The notes: generated by a model not told the origin, from the sequence alone. Numbered from the whole stretch's first letter, positions 11,601 to 24,775 are shown. The stretch: 63,966 nucleotides of DNA, filler included, from Reclinomonas americana ATCC 50394 (GCA_048213135.1; 11 parts of 11 records of this genome joined end to end with filler, not necessarily neighbours in it); one strand, 5' to 3'. Numbers and translations: made by a program.

Positions 11601-14401
11601 TCGCGCCAGCGCGAGTGGCGGGAGTTGGGTCGTACGTAGCCCTCCAGCACCTGTTCCAGAGAGGTAAGGAAAGGGTGATGGGCGAGGAGGGAGAGGAGGG
11701 AGAAGGTGAAACGCAACAGTCAGCAGCGCGGTGACGGATGTGTTTGTTGGTGGTGTGGGAGTCGGTGAGCGAGAGCGGCGTTCCGAAAACGAGTCGTCGG
11801 CGCAGGCCAGCGCAATGTCGGCCACGCAGAGGAGGCGGCGATGACCTGGTGGCGCAAGGAGATTATTTCTGAGGCACACAGACGGAGGGGGGAGAGACGG
11901 GGGGAGTCGATTGTAACGAACCACAGCCAGGTCGCCGAACGGAGAAGAATACCACCAGGTGCACCGGGTCGCACACGGCGCGCTTGGCGATGAGCGAGCG
12001 GCGGAGCTGTGTGTGGGGAGGGAGATTAGAAGGAGAAGGAGAGAGAGAGAGAAGGAGAGAGAGAAGAGAGTGAGAAGAGAGTGAGAATGAGGGAGCGAGA
12101 GAGAGAAGAGAGTGAGAAGAGGGAGAGAGAAGAGAGTGAGAAGAGAGTGAGAACGAGGGAGCGAGAGAGAGTGGGAACGAGGGAAAGACAAGCGGGGAAA
12201 GCGTGTGTGCGTCATTCAACAGGAAACAGAGTGCCATTCAGGGAGAAAGGAGGGAGAGAAAAATAGAGAGAAAGAAATGCACAACGCATGCAGCCAGCAC
12301 TCCTGAGAAGGAGTACAGAGGGAGGCAGAGGGAGAGAGGGAGGGAAAGGGGCAGTGCAGCGGAGGCCAGTCAACGAGTGCACCAACAACTCAGCGACACA
12401 CGCAATCAACACGTACGATACGCACGCAGCCAGCACGCTTGACAAGGAGCGCACAGAGAGAGAGAGAGGGAAAGAGACCGAGCAGCGGAGGCCAGTCTAC
12501 GAGTGCACCAACGACTCAGCGACACATACGCAAAAAACACGCACACGATACACATACAGCCAGCACTCTTGACAAGGAGCGCACAGAGAGAGGGAGGGAG
12601 GGAAAGAGACCGAGCTGCGCAGGCAAGTCAACGAGTGCACCAACGACACGCCGACACACGCAAATAAACACGCGCAAGGAGCACCCATTGAGTGATCGGT
12701 GCTCGATCTTGTGTGCGAGGATGACAAGGCGTCACTCTCTATCTCTCCTCTCTCTCACACGTACACACACTCACTGTCGCTCACACACGCGCGCGTAATA
12801 TGCTAACATGCTGAAGGCAACATGGCATGCAGATCGAATGCGAACCACACACATTACGCAAGCTCAAGAAAAAAGAACAAACACGCATTGTACACCACAG
12901 AAGAGGGTTTCGCAAGCAAGTCTGCCTCGCCTCCTGCACACCCTCCCTCCCTCTTCATCCGCAACGCAACTTGTGCCACCACCTGTGCAGCATCCTCCGC
13001 TGAAGTAATGTTGAGGTGGTCACGTCCCTCCGACAGCGACAACGCATCCGTGACAAACGAGGAGGCGCCCTTGGCTGTGCGGCTGCCACCGTCCACCAAG
13101 TAGGCAAAGACACGAACGTCGCCCGTGATTTCACTGGTGGGAGAAAACAATCAGCATTTTTCACATGAGAGAGAGATCAGAAGAAGGCGGATGTTGTAGT
13201 GAACAAGGCGGAGAGAACGACAGGAGAAGGAGGCCATGTAACAGAGGATGCGGTGTGTGAATGAGCAGAGAAAGATTGTGCACGTTGCACCAGGTGTGGT
13301 GGAGAGAGTGAGAAGAGTGGATAATATTACGGAGGATGTGGTGAATGAAATGAGAAGAGAAGAAGGGTCGTTGCAGAGGATACGAGGGAGGGCATGAGAG
13401 CAGAAGGAAGCTGAGGTTGCAGAAGACGAAGATGTGGGGAGGGAGAAGAGTGGATGGAATGTGGTTGAGAGAATGAAAAGAGATGGTGTTGCAGAGGAGG
13501 ACATTGCAAATAAGCGGTGGAGGGCAGGAGAAGAGAATGTGGATGTTGCGAAGAATGGGGTAGAGAGCGCGGTTGCAAGAGAGAAGATTTGAATGAGATT
13601 GCAGGCAACGCTTTGTTGCTCAAAGAAGGAGTAAGAGGAAGAGGGGTCGCAGAAGACAACGCACTCGTGACCCATCCAACGCAACGACGACTGCACCACC
13701 ACACCCTGATCGTCAATCACTCCCACTTGATGCAACAGTCGGACGCAGGTGGTCTCCAGCAGGCCACTCCGTCCGCGATGTCCAAACTGCGTGCCAAACT
13801 TGCAAGTCAGTGCACTCGACATCCCATTCCCAAAACAAATCGACCGCGCAACACACCAACAACTGCATCTTGGTTGGCGAGGTGTGCGCCAACGCCAGCA
13901 AGCACGCATGTCGATCCTCCAGCACTGCCGATAGACAGTGGTTCACGTGGCGACTGCGCTCCCACGTGTCGCAAATGTCGGGGTCGGCGAGGAATGCCTA
14001 TGGTGGAGAGAGTGAGCTTTTAGAGGTTGTGTTTTCGGAGACGCGCGGTGATCTAGACCTCATCAAACGAGTAGCGCGCCGGCAACACGCCAACGCTCGG
14101 ACCCGCCAACTCCAACTGCGCCTCGCCCGTGGCACGCGAGGCGCGCTCACGCAGCACCAGCCCACGCGAGGTGAGGTCGTCGCGGCGGGCCAGGAGGACG
14201 ACTGCAAGGGAAGGGGGAAGGGTGAGGACAAGAGAGGGAAGGGTGAGGACAAGGGGGGAAGGGTGAAGGCGGGGGAGAGAGGGACGGAGAGAAGGGAGAG
14301 GACGGCGAGCGAGAGGGACGGAGAGAAAGAGAGACAGGGAGATAGATAGAAATTGGAAATGCAGAGACCGATTCGAAACATGCGCAACAACGACAACAAA
14401 C

Positions 14402-14432
<31 letters not shown>

Positions 14433-15759
14433 GTAGAGACTGAGAAAGAAATCGGATAAGGGATAGCGAGCAACGGAGAACGAGCGCGTGGAGAGCTCGA
14501 TTCGAAATATGCGCAACACACACTACGAGACGACAACAAACGAAGGAGAGAGGGGGAGAGAGACGAACAAAGAGAAAACAGACACTTACAAGGGAGGGAG
14601 GAGGAACACAGACAGTCAGAGTGTGAAGCAAACAAGAGTAAGTGAAGACGTGGTAAACGACAACAAGCAACGGGAGAGAGCAAGAAAGAACTGACATACG
14701 AGATGGATTTACAGTGCGTGAAGAATTGGATTTGGAACACAGGAAGGCGACAAGAAGCAAGGGGGCAAGAGAGACAGAAAGAACTGCAGAGTACGTGCGT
14801 GAAGAAATCGATAGGAAACAAGAAGAAGTGGAAGAGAGATCAGTGACCGACAAACTCAACTCGGTACCGCATGCTCTCTCCGCACGGCGGCCACCTGCGC
14901 CGCCCACTTGCGCCTCGCCTTCCGCTCCTGCTCCGCTTCGAGCAGGCGTCGCGCCTCCATCTCCATCGCCGCCCTCTTCTCCACAAACGACGACAGCATC
15001 GCGGAAGACGATGCTGGTGCAGGTGGAGCGTGAGGGGCGAGAGGGGCGGGAGGTGCGGGTTTCGAGTCCTGGGGGGGAAAGCAAGGGGTGAGTGATGGGA
15101 AGCGATGGAGGGAAAGGGGTGACGAAGGAAAAGGCAAAGGCGATGCAATGCCAAGGCTTTGAGCAAGTGTGAGGAGAGTGAAAGGCAATGCAAAAGCGAT
15201 CCCTGATGCCGCCAAGGAGAGTCAGTGATTACGCGTGTGTGTATGAAAGAGTACGTGTTTGTGAGCGAGTAGCTGTGAGAGTGCATCGATATCGACAATA
15301 CATCAATGAAGGCGCCTTCAGAGTCGACGATGAGAGAGAGAATGAGAAAGAGAGAGAGTGTGTATGCAAGTGAGAACGATCGAGGGTGCATCTCGGAGGG
15401 TGAAAATGCAGCGATATGGATAACGCGTCAATGAATGCGCGCCTCCAGAGTCAACGATGAGAGACAGTGTGTGTGTGAGAGAGAGAGAGGGAACTTGTGA
15501 ACGAGAACGAGAATGAGTGCGACTGCGAGGTGCAAGATATCGTTAAAGCGCCGCCTAGGCGTCGCCTTGAACGTGAGTGTGTTCGTGTGGGAGACAGTGT
15601 GTATGTGTGTGTGTGTGTGTGCGTGCGTGCGTGTGCGTGCGTGCGTGCTGTGTGTGTGTGTGCAACTGTGCGAGTGAAAAAGGCAGCGATATCGATAAAG
15701 CGCCGCCAAGTGCCGCGCAGGCGTCGACTATCGCGCCTTAAGTGAGTGTGCAAACGTGT

Positions 15760-15804
<45 letters not shown>

Positions 15805-16281
15805 NNNNNNNNNNNNNNNNNNNNNNNNNNNNNNNNNNNNNNNNNNNNTTAATTAATTAANNNNNNNNNNNNNNNNNNNNNNNNNNNNNNNNNNNNNNNN
15901 NNNNGTGAGAGAAGTATGTGACAGTGATACGCGCATGAGTATACGCGCAACACTCTTTCCTCTCTCTCCTCCCACCCTCCCTTCCACTCTCTCTCCTCAC
16001 ACACTCACCTCCACACCACTCTTCTCCACACTCAATTGCTGCTGCTGCTGCTGCTGTTGTTGCTGTTGCACCGGTCTCTTCTTCGCCTTCGCCTTGCTAT
16101 CTTCCATTGCCGCCTTTTGCTTCTTTTGCGTCGCCACTACTTGTTTCGCCAATGATCGCGCACGAGATCCTCCTCCTCCTCCTCCAAGTTGCTGTTGTTG
16201 TTGCTGTTGTTGAGAGTTGGAGCCTGTAGAGGTGCTCGTTGAGCGACGGCGACGCGCAAGCACCTCGGCTGCGCTGAGCAT
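5634..16281 (-). CDS. Large multi-exon protein with a degenerate kinesin motor-like domain followed by a long disordered/acidic tail (probably spans the 15805 gap)
   Basis: Spliced order matches kinesin motifs: VPIVLLARR (VRVAVRVRP), RYSFDE|AF (FTFDRVF), VLEDRHACLLALAHTSPTKMQLL|FG (VLEGYNxTIFAYGQTGSGKTYTMxG), VTDALS (IRDLL), ITSAEDA, DPVHLVVFFSV (SSRSHAVFTI), LCVADIA (LVDLAGSE), TNTSVTAL (INKSLSAL), RWRDTALTRLLQPVL (PYRDSKLTRLLQ). Intron phases are consistent; continuity of the tail exons and of the 5' exon across the gap is less certain. Confidence 0.7.
12285..12670. repeat. Intronic minisatellite, three ~130-bp units
   Basis: cagccagcac...gacaaggagcgcacagagagag...ggaaagagaccgagc.gcg.aggc.agtc.acgagtgcaccaacgac repeated three times. 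Confidence 0.8.
15805..15904. other. Artificial contig spacer N44-TTAATTAATTAA-N44; same spacer at 17845, 22089, 25153, 30013, 33841, 46420, 55519, 58623 and 60536
   Basis: Ten identical 100-nt blocks whose core gives stops in all six frames; most abut microsatellites or low-complexity tracts. Confidence 0.97.
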
Positions 16282-17313
16282 GTTTTTGGTGGAATTTTGT
16301 GAGAGCCGGTGCTGACCGGTCCGTCCTGTGATTGTCCTGCGTGCAAATGTAATTTGTTTGACGGTGTGCTGGCGACGGTAGCGGCTGTGTCGCCGGCTAA
16401 AAGTGTTGAGAAGGGGTGGCTGGTGTGAGGGCTGTGGATCGGCGATTTTTTATTTGCGTGTCGGAGCTTTTTCCAGAGCACCAGCAATCCAACGAATTTC
16501 GAAATTACGGCACAGTTGCATGATGTTTGGCATCGGAGGCGAGCACGCGAAATCAGTGTCTTCCTCTCCCCGTTATCCTTGAACCGATGCGTGAGTGCGA
16601 TCAGCTGCAGCGGCTTTTTTACCCCTTGACCCGTCCCCGCGTGCGTGGAATCGCTGTTTCCCCGATCGTTTCCTCGACCCTTTGCACTTAAGTAGGACAA
16701 GGCGCAGATCAGCTTCGTTATCCAACCGTCGAGCACAGGCAGGTGAGACTTCTTTGCATGCAAATAATCGATCGCGAAGTGCAGCGGGTATGCCGGCGCT
16801 GGCGGCCCTACAGCAGAAACCACGGCTTTGAATGCACAAGGAATTCGCCTTCTTTCGATTTCCAACGCGTTTGCAGCGTGTATTGCTTGCCGGTCAGCAA
16901 TAACGCGATCGACGTCGCGCATTCGATATCGAGCTCGACAACGCCGCTGGCTCTGAATTCCATCTCCACTGACTGCGTGCGCATTGCAGCAAGATACAGC
17001 AAGCACACTATGTTCCCAGAGGCTGCCTGCTGCCCGTTGAGCGCGCTGTGCATGCTGATCAAATTCTTAGAAAAATGCAATACGTTTGTGCGCACTGCCA
17101 CATCGACGCACTTGCACCCCGCCATGCAGCACAACGGGTTCTGTAGCCCCACGCGCTCGTTATGGTGAATACAATGCGTTTTTTCGGTACAGGACCGCGA
17201 CGTCGCGAGTGGGCGGGAAATCACTCGAGTTGTCAGGCGGCGTGCGCGTGCGTGAGTGAGAGAGTGCACGTGAGTGGACGATAGCTGTGTGAGTGTCTGG
17301 AAGGCATGGAAGG

Positions 17314-17627
17314 ATGCCGGTGAGTGTGGAACAGAGGCAGAGAGCACTCTTTGTCACGAAAACACACACACACACACGCACACGCACGCACACACACACA
17401 CACACACACAAGAGTGAGTGAAGAGTGAGAAGGCCCTCTCTTAGCGCTTGGCCTTGACTCGCTCGATCAATCACTGTGATTTCCTCACATTACTCTCTCA
17501 CTCTCTCACTCTCTTCTCCTCGTCACAGACCATCAGCTACAGGACGCTGAGCGGGCAAATGAAAGAGTTTGATATCAGTGATGTGGTGCTGGAACCCTTT
17601 GGCTTTCGACACGGACAACTCGTGCAA
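17314..17627 (+). CDS. 5' part of an unknown protein (MP|TISYRTLSGQMKEFDISDVVLEPFGFRHGQLVQ), remainder lost in the gap
   Basis: ATG CCG|gtgagt at 17314-17325, acceptor cgtcacag at 17528, open exon 17529-17627, then donor gtttcg. Confidence 0.45.
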
Positions 17628-18018
17628 GTTTCGCTCAATCACTCATGAGGCTCTTCTTCCTCATCCTCCTCATTCTTCTTCTCCTCTTCCATGTTCCTCT
17701 GCTGCTTGTTCTCTTCCTCCTTCTATTCGTCCTTCTCCTCCTCATCCTTCTATTCGTCCTCCTCCTTCCATTTCTTCTTCTTCTTCTTCTTCTTCTTCTT
17801 CCTCCTCTTCTCCTCCTCCTCCTCCTACTCTCCTTCTTCTTCTTNNNNNNNNNNNNNNNNNNNNNNNNNNNNNNNNNNNNNNNNNNNNTTAATTAATTAA
17901 NNNNNNNNNNNNNNNNNNNNNNNNNNNNNNNNNNNNNNNNNNNNATTCAGCTGCAGGAGGAGGGGGATGGGTGAGCGAGCGGGACAAGGGAAGAGGGGGG
18001 AAGGAGGGAGTGTGGTAC

Positions 18019-18135
18019 CTTGAGCTTGTAGAGAGCCGTGGTCTTGCCGGCCGCATCGAGGCCAATCAGCGCGATGCGGTACTCCTTCTTGCCAAAGCCA
18101 AATGACTCGAAGAGGCGGCTGAATGTCTTGCCCAT
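18019..18135 (-). CDS. ARF: ADP-ribosylation factor (Arf) family GTPase, exon 1 only
   Basis: [39 protein letters not shown]: myristoylation Gly2, amphipathic helix, P-loop GLDAAGKT; donor at 18018. Confidence 0.9.
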
Positions 18136-18207
18136 GATGATTAGATTAGAGGAGGCGGGAAGAAAAGTTGTTGAGTTGGGGTGGTGCTTGCTCGCACGCT
18201 CGAGTGA

Positions 18208-20180
18208 CACTGGTTGAAATTGCGTCGCTTCCGATGGGTTACAAGGCGACTTCCATTGATTGGACGCGGTATTGGACAGATTGCACGCCCAGTGGATTGT
18301 CCATGGAACGGCGGTCGAAGTCGACCGTCTACTGGTGGATTCGTTATAGAAGCAATGGAACGCACCCGAGCAATGGATTTTTGACGGAAGACCACTGATT
18401 TCTTCAGCCCTCAGAAGACTTGGAAAGATCAATCATTGGAAGCTGCCGTAAGCCGTCAGTGCCGTTCTAAACATTGACACTGTCGAGTGCTGTCGAGTGG
18501 TGGATCGCGTCAAACCCGATCAACCATAGGAAGGAATCAAATGACTTCCACTGCTTGGACCATTCCATTGCTTTTCTTTGCTTGATGCAATCCATTCATT
18601 CAGCCTATGGACTTCTTCTGCTGCCTTCTGCTGCCTAACCTCTTCTCTCCATTCACCAATAGACGCACTCTGTGCAGAATCAATACCACGAAACAGCGCC
18701 TTGTGCGTGCAGGCTCCACTCACGCTTCGTCCACCAGCACCAACTCGCGGTAGTTGAGATCGTCGTCTATGGCGTCGTGCACACTCGCACACTCGCAAGA
18801 AAGCGTGAGCGCCATTGCCACCTGCGCGCCAGCGCCGGTGCGGTGGTGTAGGCGATCGTGGTCGGCAGTGAAAGACTTGAGTTCATCGCAGCCGGCGTGA
18901 TGAGCGCACGTGCCGCAACTAGGTGGCGGTCAACCGGTGATCGGCCACCGCGATCGCGATCTGCAAAGTGAGACCAACCGCTCAAGTTAGAGGAATGCAA
19001 GCACCGCAATCAGCCACAGAGGGGTCAGCACCAACCTTCTTCATTGCACAAGCAAGTCTCCGCCGATGGTAAGACTGCATTGACGAGACACACAAAGAGT
19101 GGTAAGATAGGGATGCACGGAACACCAGCAACCTGCACAACGCAACATGGAGGAGAGTGGAGCGCACAAAGCACGAAGACTTTATCGTGCACGCTGCGTT
19201 GTATCAGCCAGTGTTGATCATGGACTGTGTCAGCAGGTTAGAAGTCTAAGTATGCACGAGTCTAGAGGAGAATGCGGGAGGAAGCACTCACACAGACACC
19301 GCGTGAGAGAAGGTTCACACAAAGTCACTGGGATGACGTGCACAGACTACGGCACCAGTGCAGCGAGGCGCGGTGCCACAAAGCAACCTTTGACGCATCG
19401 TTGCCTTGCACACCGAGTCCACCAGCAGCATTGGAGTTGTCTTCGCTCGTCTCACACAAAATCAAGAAGATGTGCCTTCAATTTGAGTGCGTGTGATGAG
19501 AATTGCGGTCGGAGTTGACGAGTCGAGTCGACGCGAACTATTTACGTCCACAAGTCGACTTGTTCCGCCCTTTGTTGCCTCCTGCAACCATGTGGATACT
19601 TCAATGGCCACCAGCCTCTGCTTGGAAACACTACCGTCGCGATCGCTTGCTTTCATGACGAGCACGAGTCGACTCCAAATTTGTGATCACATGCATGCGC
19701 AGATCAGCGTGCACATCCGCAAGCAGCACGCAGCGGATTGTGCACTCGTCGGCGGAGTGGACGCACAGAGGAAACCTCGACAGCGACATTTCATCATGAT
19801 CAACAATGGAGTGCATGCATGATCACGCGTGGGTACCGGTGTGAGCGCTGCGTTGCTCGTTGTCGCCGGCCCGCTAGCGCTGTGCTGCAGTGGCCACGCT
19901 CACCGCGCTCAACCACCAACCGAGCACAACTGTCGACTTAGTGTGCACAGCAGACCACAGTCCCTGTCAACCGGTTGATCACACTGACAGAGTCGACCAG
20001 TGGAAGTGTGAGAACGCGGTGGCCATTGATTCCATTGACTTCTACAGGTGGACACAGTCGATCGCCTTCCAATTAGCGATCACCTTCCGCTGTTCCACTG
20101 CCTTCTATTGATTGTCTGAACCACGAACAGAAATCCATCCCCCTTCCATCGACAATCCATGAACGCAATTTCAACCAGTG
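18208..20180. mobile_element. Non-autonomous TIR DNA transposon, CMC (CACTA/Chapaev-like), 1973 bp
   Basis: Perfect 18-bp TIR CACTGGTTGAAATTGCGT (18208-18225; reverse complement at 20163-20180); 4-bp direct TSD GTGA (18204-18207, 20181-20184); many subterminal TCCAYTG-like motifs; no intact transposase ORF. Confidence 0.85.
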
Positions 20181-20787
20181 GTGATAATAAGATGCGATGA
20201 TTAGCAGGAGGCGAACCGCAGCGCATAAATAGAGCCTGACACGCTTCAGCTATTTTTATCTTTGCAGTTTGTCGAGTGCGCGCGCGCGCATTCGGGGGTG
20301 GTGCGCTTGGTGCATCGCCACAAATACACATTGCCGTTGAGGGTGATGCAGGGAGGGGTCGGTGGGGGGAGGGGTGGCGGTCGCAATTGCAGAAGAAAGA
20401 TGCGAATATCGCGCAAATTGGTTCGATTGTTGGCATTGATTTGTCGTGTTTCCTGTCCAATATCACAAGCAGCAGTATGTGGCGGTACGAAGAGGCCGAG
20501 ATATGCAGTCGTGACTGCTGCGTCGGGGAGTTCATGTTTTGTGGGGTGTACAGTATTTGTATTGAGAAACCGATTTGTTCAGTTTCCTTTGATTTTCACA
20601 CATCGGGACAAGGCAAACGCAGCAAAGCGCTAGCTGCACCGCAAAAAATTCCTTCCTTCGTCCTTCCCCTTTCCTCCCTCCTCGAAACGGAGTATTTCTC
20701 GTCACTGTAAGCGCTTAATTTTACAGTTCAACTCGGGACGACGACAGAAACGCATTTTTTTACTCTTTTTCATCGGTTTCTCGAGAG

Positions 20788-21093
20788 ATGGCATCTTCCT
20801 CACTCGTCCTCCTGCTTGTGCTGGCCACTCTGGCCCTGCTGGCGGTCACGTGCTACGCGCGCCCACTGCCGAACCGCGAGCCCGACTGCTCCAAGTTCCA
20901 GGACTGCCGCAAGCAGCGATGCGGGTGTGCGGCCTCGGCGGCCTCGCGTCGCGAGGGCCCGGCTTCGGACGTGTTCTTCGATTATGAGTTGGGCGGCTTC
21001 CGTCGCCACGTGCACGAGCGGGCGGACCAGCGCATCCATCGTCACCACTTGCACCAAGACCCCCCGCGTCCGTGCAATCGCCGCCACCGCTAA
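20788..21093 (+). CDS. Small secreted Cys/His/Arg-rich protein (101 aa), intronless
   Basis: Signal-peptide-like MASSSLVLLLVLATLALLAVTCYA followed by a Cys cluster and a His-rich tail; GC3-rich codons. Confidence 0.6.
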   Translation: MASSSLVLLLVLATLALLAVTCYARPLPNREPDCSKFQDCRKQRCGCAASAASRREGPASDVFFDYELGGFRRHVHERADQRIHRHHLHQDPPRPCNRRHR

Positions 21094-22188
21094 AAAGAAA
21101 ATGCGGTTTTTTCTTCTGCCTGTCTGTGTTGATTTTTGTTTTGCTTTTTGTTTTGCGGAAAGAGAGAGAGAGTGTGCGTGTAAACTACAGATGGTTATTG
21201 GGCTAAACAGTCTTTTATTCACGTCGTTATCTCGAATCTGCAACAAGAACACATCGTGAGCTGCACAGCCAGGATGAAAAATTGCATGAATCGTGCGCTC
21301 ACTCACTCGCGCACAAGCACACACACACACTCTGATGGCTGTGGCGAGTGCTCAATCACTGCCTTCTCTCTCATTCATACACACGCACAGAGGCACTCAC
21401 TCGTGCACAAGGACGCACGATCCCTCACACTTTCCGTTTGTCTGTCTGTCTCGTGCATTTGCAGAACTTCTCCCCTGTCACCCCGACTCTCATATCTTCC
21501 AGTGTCGCTCTTTCTTCCTCTCCCCCTCTCGTGTTTCTTGTGCCTCTCCCTTTTCTGTTGTCGCTCCAATCCCACTCCCTTCACGAGTCAATCTCTATTC
21601 TCTTGTTACGCTTTTCTTCCTCGCCTCCCTCCCAAAATCATTCCCACTTTCCCACTCTCATCTCTCGACTCTCACTCCTCACTCCCTCCGTCCCTTCTCG
21701 CATCGCTCCCTGTCTTGTCGGTTTTTCTTCCTCCCCTGCCTCCCGGTGTACCAATCTCATGTTTCTTGTGCCGCTCCCTCTTCTCCTGTCCCTCTCCCAC
21801 TCTCATCAATTCTCCGGTCGCTCTTGCTTCTTCTCCTCCATCCCTTTCACTCCATTCTTTCTCGTATCGCTTCCTCTTCCCTTGTCGCTCTTCTCCCCTT
21901 CTCCCTCCCATACCCTCACTCCCTCTCTCTCACTGTTATCGCTTCTCCTGTGGCTCTTTCTTCCTCTCCTCCATTTCCTCCCCAAAATCCCGCTCCCTCC
22001 TTCCTCTTCTCTTGTCTCTCTCTCTCCCCCTTCCCCCTTCCCCCTTTTGCCCCCTTCCCCATCTCCCCCCTTTCCCCCACCCACCATCNNNNNNNNNNNN
22101 NNNNNNNNNNNNNNNNNNNNNNNNNNNNNNNNTTAATTAATTAANNNNNNNNNNNNNNNNNNNNNNNNNNNNNNNNNNNNNNNNNNNN

Positions 22189-24251
22189 TGGAGTGTCGCG
22201 CTTGGTGCCTGTGGAAATAGATGTGAGAAGGCAGTGGCACGGCGCGAGAGAAGCGAGATTCACGCACCAGTCGATGCAATCACGGCAAAGCGCGACGACA
22301 TGAGATCCACCGCCAAATCCGTCACCGACAGCTCGTACGTGAAGCGAATGGAGAGCGTCGCCAAATCCCACACAAACATGTGCGTGGCAGTGCAGCTGAC
22401 CAAGCACGCACACCGTCGCAAGAACTTGATGCGTCGGAGGCTGGCGTTTGCCCGGTCAAACTTGTGATCGAGGACCGACAACAGGGTGTTGGTGTACGAG
22501 TCCCACAGCGTGACCACCTGCGTGGAGCACTTAGGGCAGAGAAGACACACACGAATAAAATCATCATTTCATCACCCACTCCTCACCTGGGGAAACGCCA
22601 CAGCCAACAACGATCCATCGTGCGAGTACGCCACATCACATGCAGGTGTCGACTGTGCGTCCTTGTAGTAGCCCACCGACCGGCAAATCCATGACTGCGT
22701 TGCGGCCGCCGCTGCAGCAGCATCTGCCTTGCTTGCATCGCCACCGGCGCTGCTGCTGCTGCCACTACTGCCGCCGCTGCTGCTTTGACGCATCCACACC
22801 TTGAAGGTGCCGTCGAGCGACGCCGACGCCACCATATCCTGCGACGGGTGGTACGCGAGGCCCGAGGCCGACGCCTTGGTCGAGTGTGGCTGGTCAACAC
22901 GGGCGTGCAACTCGAATCTGTTTACCCCAACCGTCGAGTTAGCATTCGCGAAATAAAGGCATGAGCAACAAAATGACCTCGCTCAACACGCAACTGACGC
23001 CTCTCCGCATTGTAGCCCCAGAATTTCAGGCACTCCACATACCGCTCACCCGTCGTTGGTCGTCGGTCGACCTGCGGGCAAAGCATATAATCAGCACGCG
23101 CATCAATGTTGTCATGCACTGGCAAAACAGCCCCCAAACGCAACAGTGGCCAGACCCTGCCCCGAATCGCTGAATGCCAGCGCCAAAATTGCCGGCTGCC
23201 GCAACTCCTCTTGGTCGGGTCGTGGCAGGCGGTTGCGCGGAAGCACCTCCAGCTCCGATGTCAGCCTGCGATTTGTAAAACAGGGAATGAGTTGCACGCA
23301 ACCAGATCATGCAGAAAACTCCGCCAGTCCGAGACTCAACTGCTGCTTGAAGGCATCAAAGAAATCGACGACAGTATTGGAAGCACAGGACACCACACAG
23401 TTGGTGCGTGGATCGCGATGCAGGCCACCCGGCAGCAACACTTGCGCCTTGCCCGCGGTGCCAATCACCACGCCATGCAGCACACGCTCGACATTGCGAG
23501 TGGCCGCCTGCACCAGCTTGAGGGTGCCGTCGGCAGTCATGACGCACACACGAGTGCCGTCCGGATTGACGACGACCGAGGTGAGTGGGCCACCGAGACG
23601 AGGCAGAAACTCGCGCGTGTGCGCTCCCAAGTGCCACACCACCAACACGCCCTCCTCGCCAACCGAGTACAGATACGTGACTGTGGGGTCGAGGCTCAGG
23701 CCAGCGACAGCGTGCGCGTGCCAGCGCAGCTTCGACACCTGCTCGCCGCCGACATACAGCACAATGCTGCCGTGCGAGTCACCAATGGCCACCGACAGAT
23801 TCTCCAGCGACGGCTCATCGTGCTGGCACGTAATGGCCAGCGCCGTGATGTCGTGCGTGTGGGTAATGTACTGCGAGCGAGCCTTGTCGGCCCGCGGCGA
23901 ATACACGTGCACCTCGCGCTGCGTGGCGTACGCAATCCACGCGCCCGACTCCGTGGCCACCATGCGCATGTGCAGGCTTCGATCGCCCACCGGCAGGTAG
24001 GCAAACTCGAGCAGCTTCTCCATTCGCTTCGAACCCTCCTCCTCGTCGTCGTCGTCGTCTTCGTCCTCTTGGTGGTGGTGATTGTGCTGGCGATGATGCC
24101 GGTGGTGCTGCAAGAGCGAGGTGCTCAGCAGACCGACCTTGTCCGAGTCCTCGGCCAACTGCCGGCGGTGCTTGACGCGGGCGCGGAAGTAGACCAGGTC
24201 GTCGCCGGGGAGCATCAGCACGTCGTACACGGGGCCGCGAACGTTGCGAGA
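22189..24251 (-). CDS. WDR75: WD repeat protein 75 / UTP17 (internal part, both ends missing)
   Basis: LRWHAHAV...GEEGVLVVW...REFLPRLG and LKFW...FELHARVDQPH...ASASLDGTFKVW...WICRSVGYY match the recalled WDR75/NAN1 family pattern; four introns delimited in frame. Confidence 0.8.
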
Positions 24252-24734
24252 CTGTGGGGTGGGTGGGCGAGGGCGGTGAGGAAAAGCAAAGGGATAGGGA
24301 GGAGGATAGAAGTGTAGAAGCACACACTGTGAAAGAGAAGAGAGAATGCTGTGAGAATGCCTCATGAATGCCACCAAGCAACGAAGAGGCGAAGATGCAC
24401 ACAAGACTCTCTCTCACACACACATAATGAAGCCGACTGCCAACAAGAACAAGTGACAGACAAGCAATGACGAACGCAGACGCACAGAAGACTCTTCCAC
24501 ACAAGCATGCAGAGTGAGAAAGACTTCAGAAAGCGCATGTTGTAACCAAGAGAAGCGAGTGACGAGGTTGCAGTAGAGTCACCATGTCTCTCTCTTCTCC
24601 TACAAACAAGCGCAAAACAGGCGAGCAACGATGAAACAAGAATGCACACAGGGACTGGGAGAGCGCGGCGACAAGAAGGATGCAAGCGAATAATCGCTTG
24701 CATCGATTGCACCTGCCACCCACCCACCCACCCA

Positions 24735-24775
<41 letters not shown>

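Noticed and set aside
15849..15860. Recurrent TTAATTAATTAA palindrome as a biological repeat
   Set aside because: Always centred in exactly 44+44 N; it is a six-frame-stop assembly linker
16137..17347. 289-aa and 179-aa minus-strand ORFs
   Set aside because: No recognisable motifs or codon bias; lies between divergent gene starts, probably intergenic
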